Shown piece by piece: positions 19,950 to 20,000 of a stretch of DNA of 20,000 nucleotides (position 1 is its first letter; each line of letters starts with the position of its first letter). Position numbers and translations under genes: made by a program. This DNA comes from Vermamoeba vermiformis (Eukaryota), in NCBI GenBank assembly GCA_045837725.1, contig JBEWZL010000175.1, positions 183,924-203,923 on the forward strand, in the 5' to 3' direction. The notes under the pieces are model-generated. The model was not told the DNA's origin and searched no databases. It saw only the letters and a program-made list of their open reading frames with translations.

Positions 19950-20000
19950 AAAATCGGTTGGGACAAAATCAGGGGTTTGGGACAAAATCGGCGACTCACT
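19950..20000. repeat. Right terminal inverted repeat of the pogo-like element (terminal base and TSD beyond the window)
   Basis: Its reverse complement AGTGAGTCGCCGATTTTGTCCCAAACCCCTGATTTTGTCCCAACCGATTTT matches the left TIR with 4 mismatches. Confidence 0.93.

Larger units (their letters stand above)
17970..20000 (-). mobile_element. Autonomous pogo-family (Tc1/mariner superfamily, Fot-like DD35D) DNA transposon, about 2.03 kb; right end at the window edge
   Basis: 51-bp TIRs at 17971-18021 and 19950-20000 (47/51 identical), a TA at 17968-17969 as the probable target site, and a single intact transposase ORF between the TIRs. Confidence 0.93.

Noticed and set aside
1..20000. CRISPR array, prokaryotic operon/defence system, rRNA gene or alternative genetic code
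   Set aside because: No repeat-spacer array or rRNA-length match was seen. Nearly all ORF breaks are explained by canonical spliceosomal introns under the standard code.

Overview
Compact, intron-rich eukaryotic DNA, probably from a protist (an amoebozoan is my guess and cannot be proved here). Introns are mostly 50-90 nt GT-AG with CTAAC/CTAAT branch sites, so the ORF track fragments most genes. I rebuilt the gene models by hand with splice-phase checks. In order along the window: (1) the start of a minus-strand gene running off the left edge; (2) a 2-exon F-box + ankyrin-repeat gene of about 991 aa; (3) a 21-exon Munc13-homology (MUN/MHD1) gene of about 1294 aa with no visible C2 domain, hosting an intronic box C/D snoRNA of the U15/snR13 type and preceded by a spliced 89-aa ORF whose stop overlaps its ATG; (4) a divergently transcribed E3 ligase gene with UBZ, Di19-type zinc fingers and a ZNRF-type RING, with one unresolved splice phase; (5) a 147-bp element bounded by perfect 18-bp inverted repeats; (6) a 799-aa class C (GABA-B/Grl-like) GPCR whose ectodomain resembles bacterial ABC amino-acid-binding proteins; (7) a spliced 74-aa two-TM microprotein plus a decayed tandem paralogue; (8) an intact pogo-family DD35D DNA transposon whose right TIR reaches the window end. 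No database searches were run; all homology calls come from recalled motifs.
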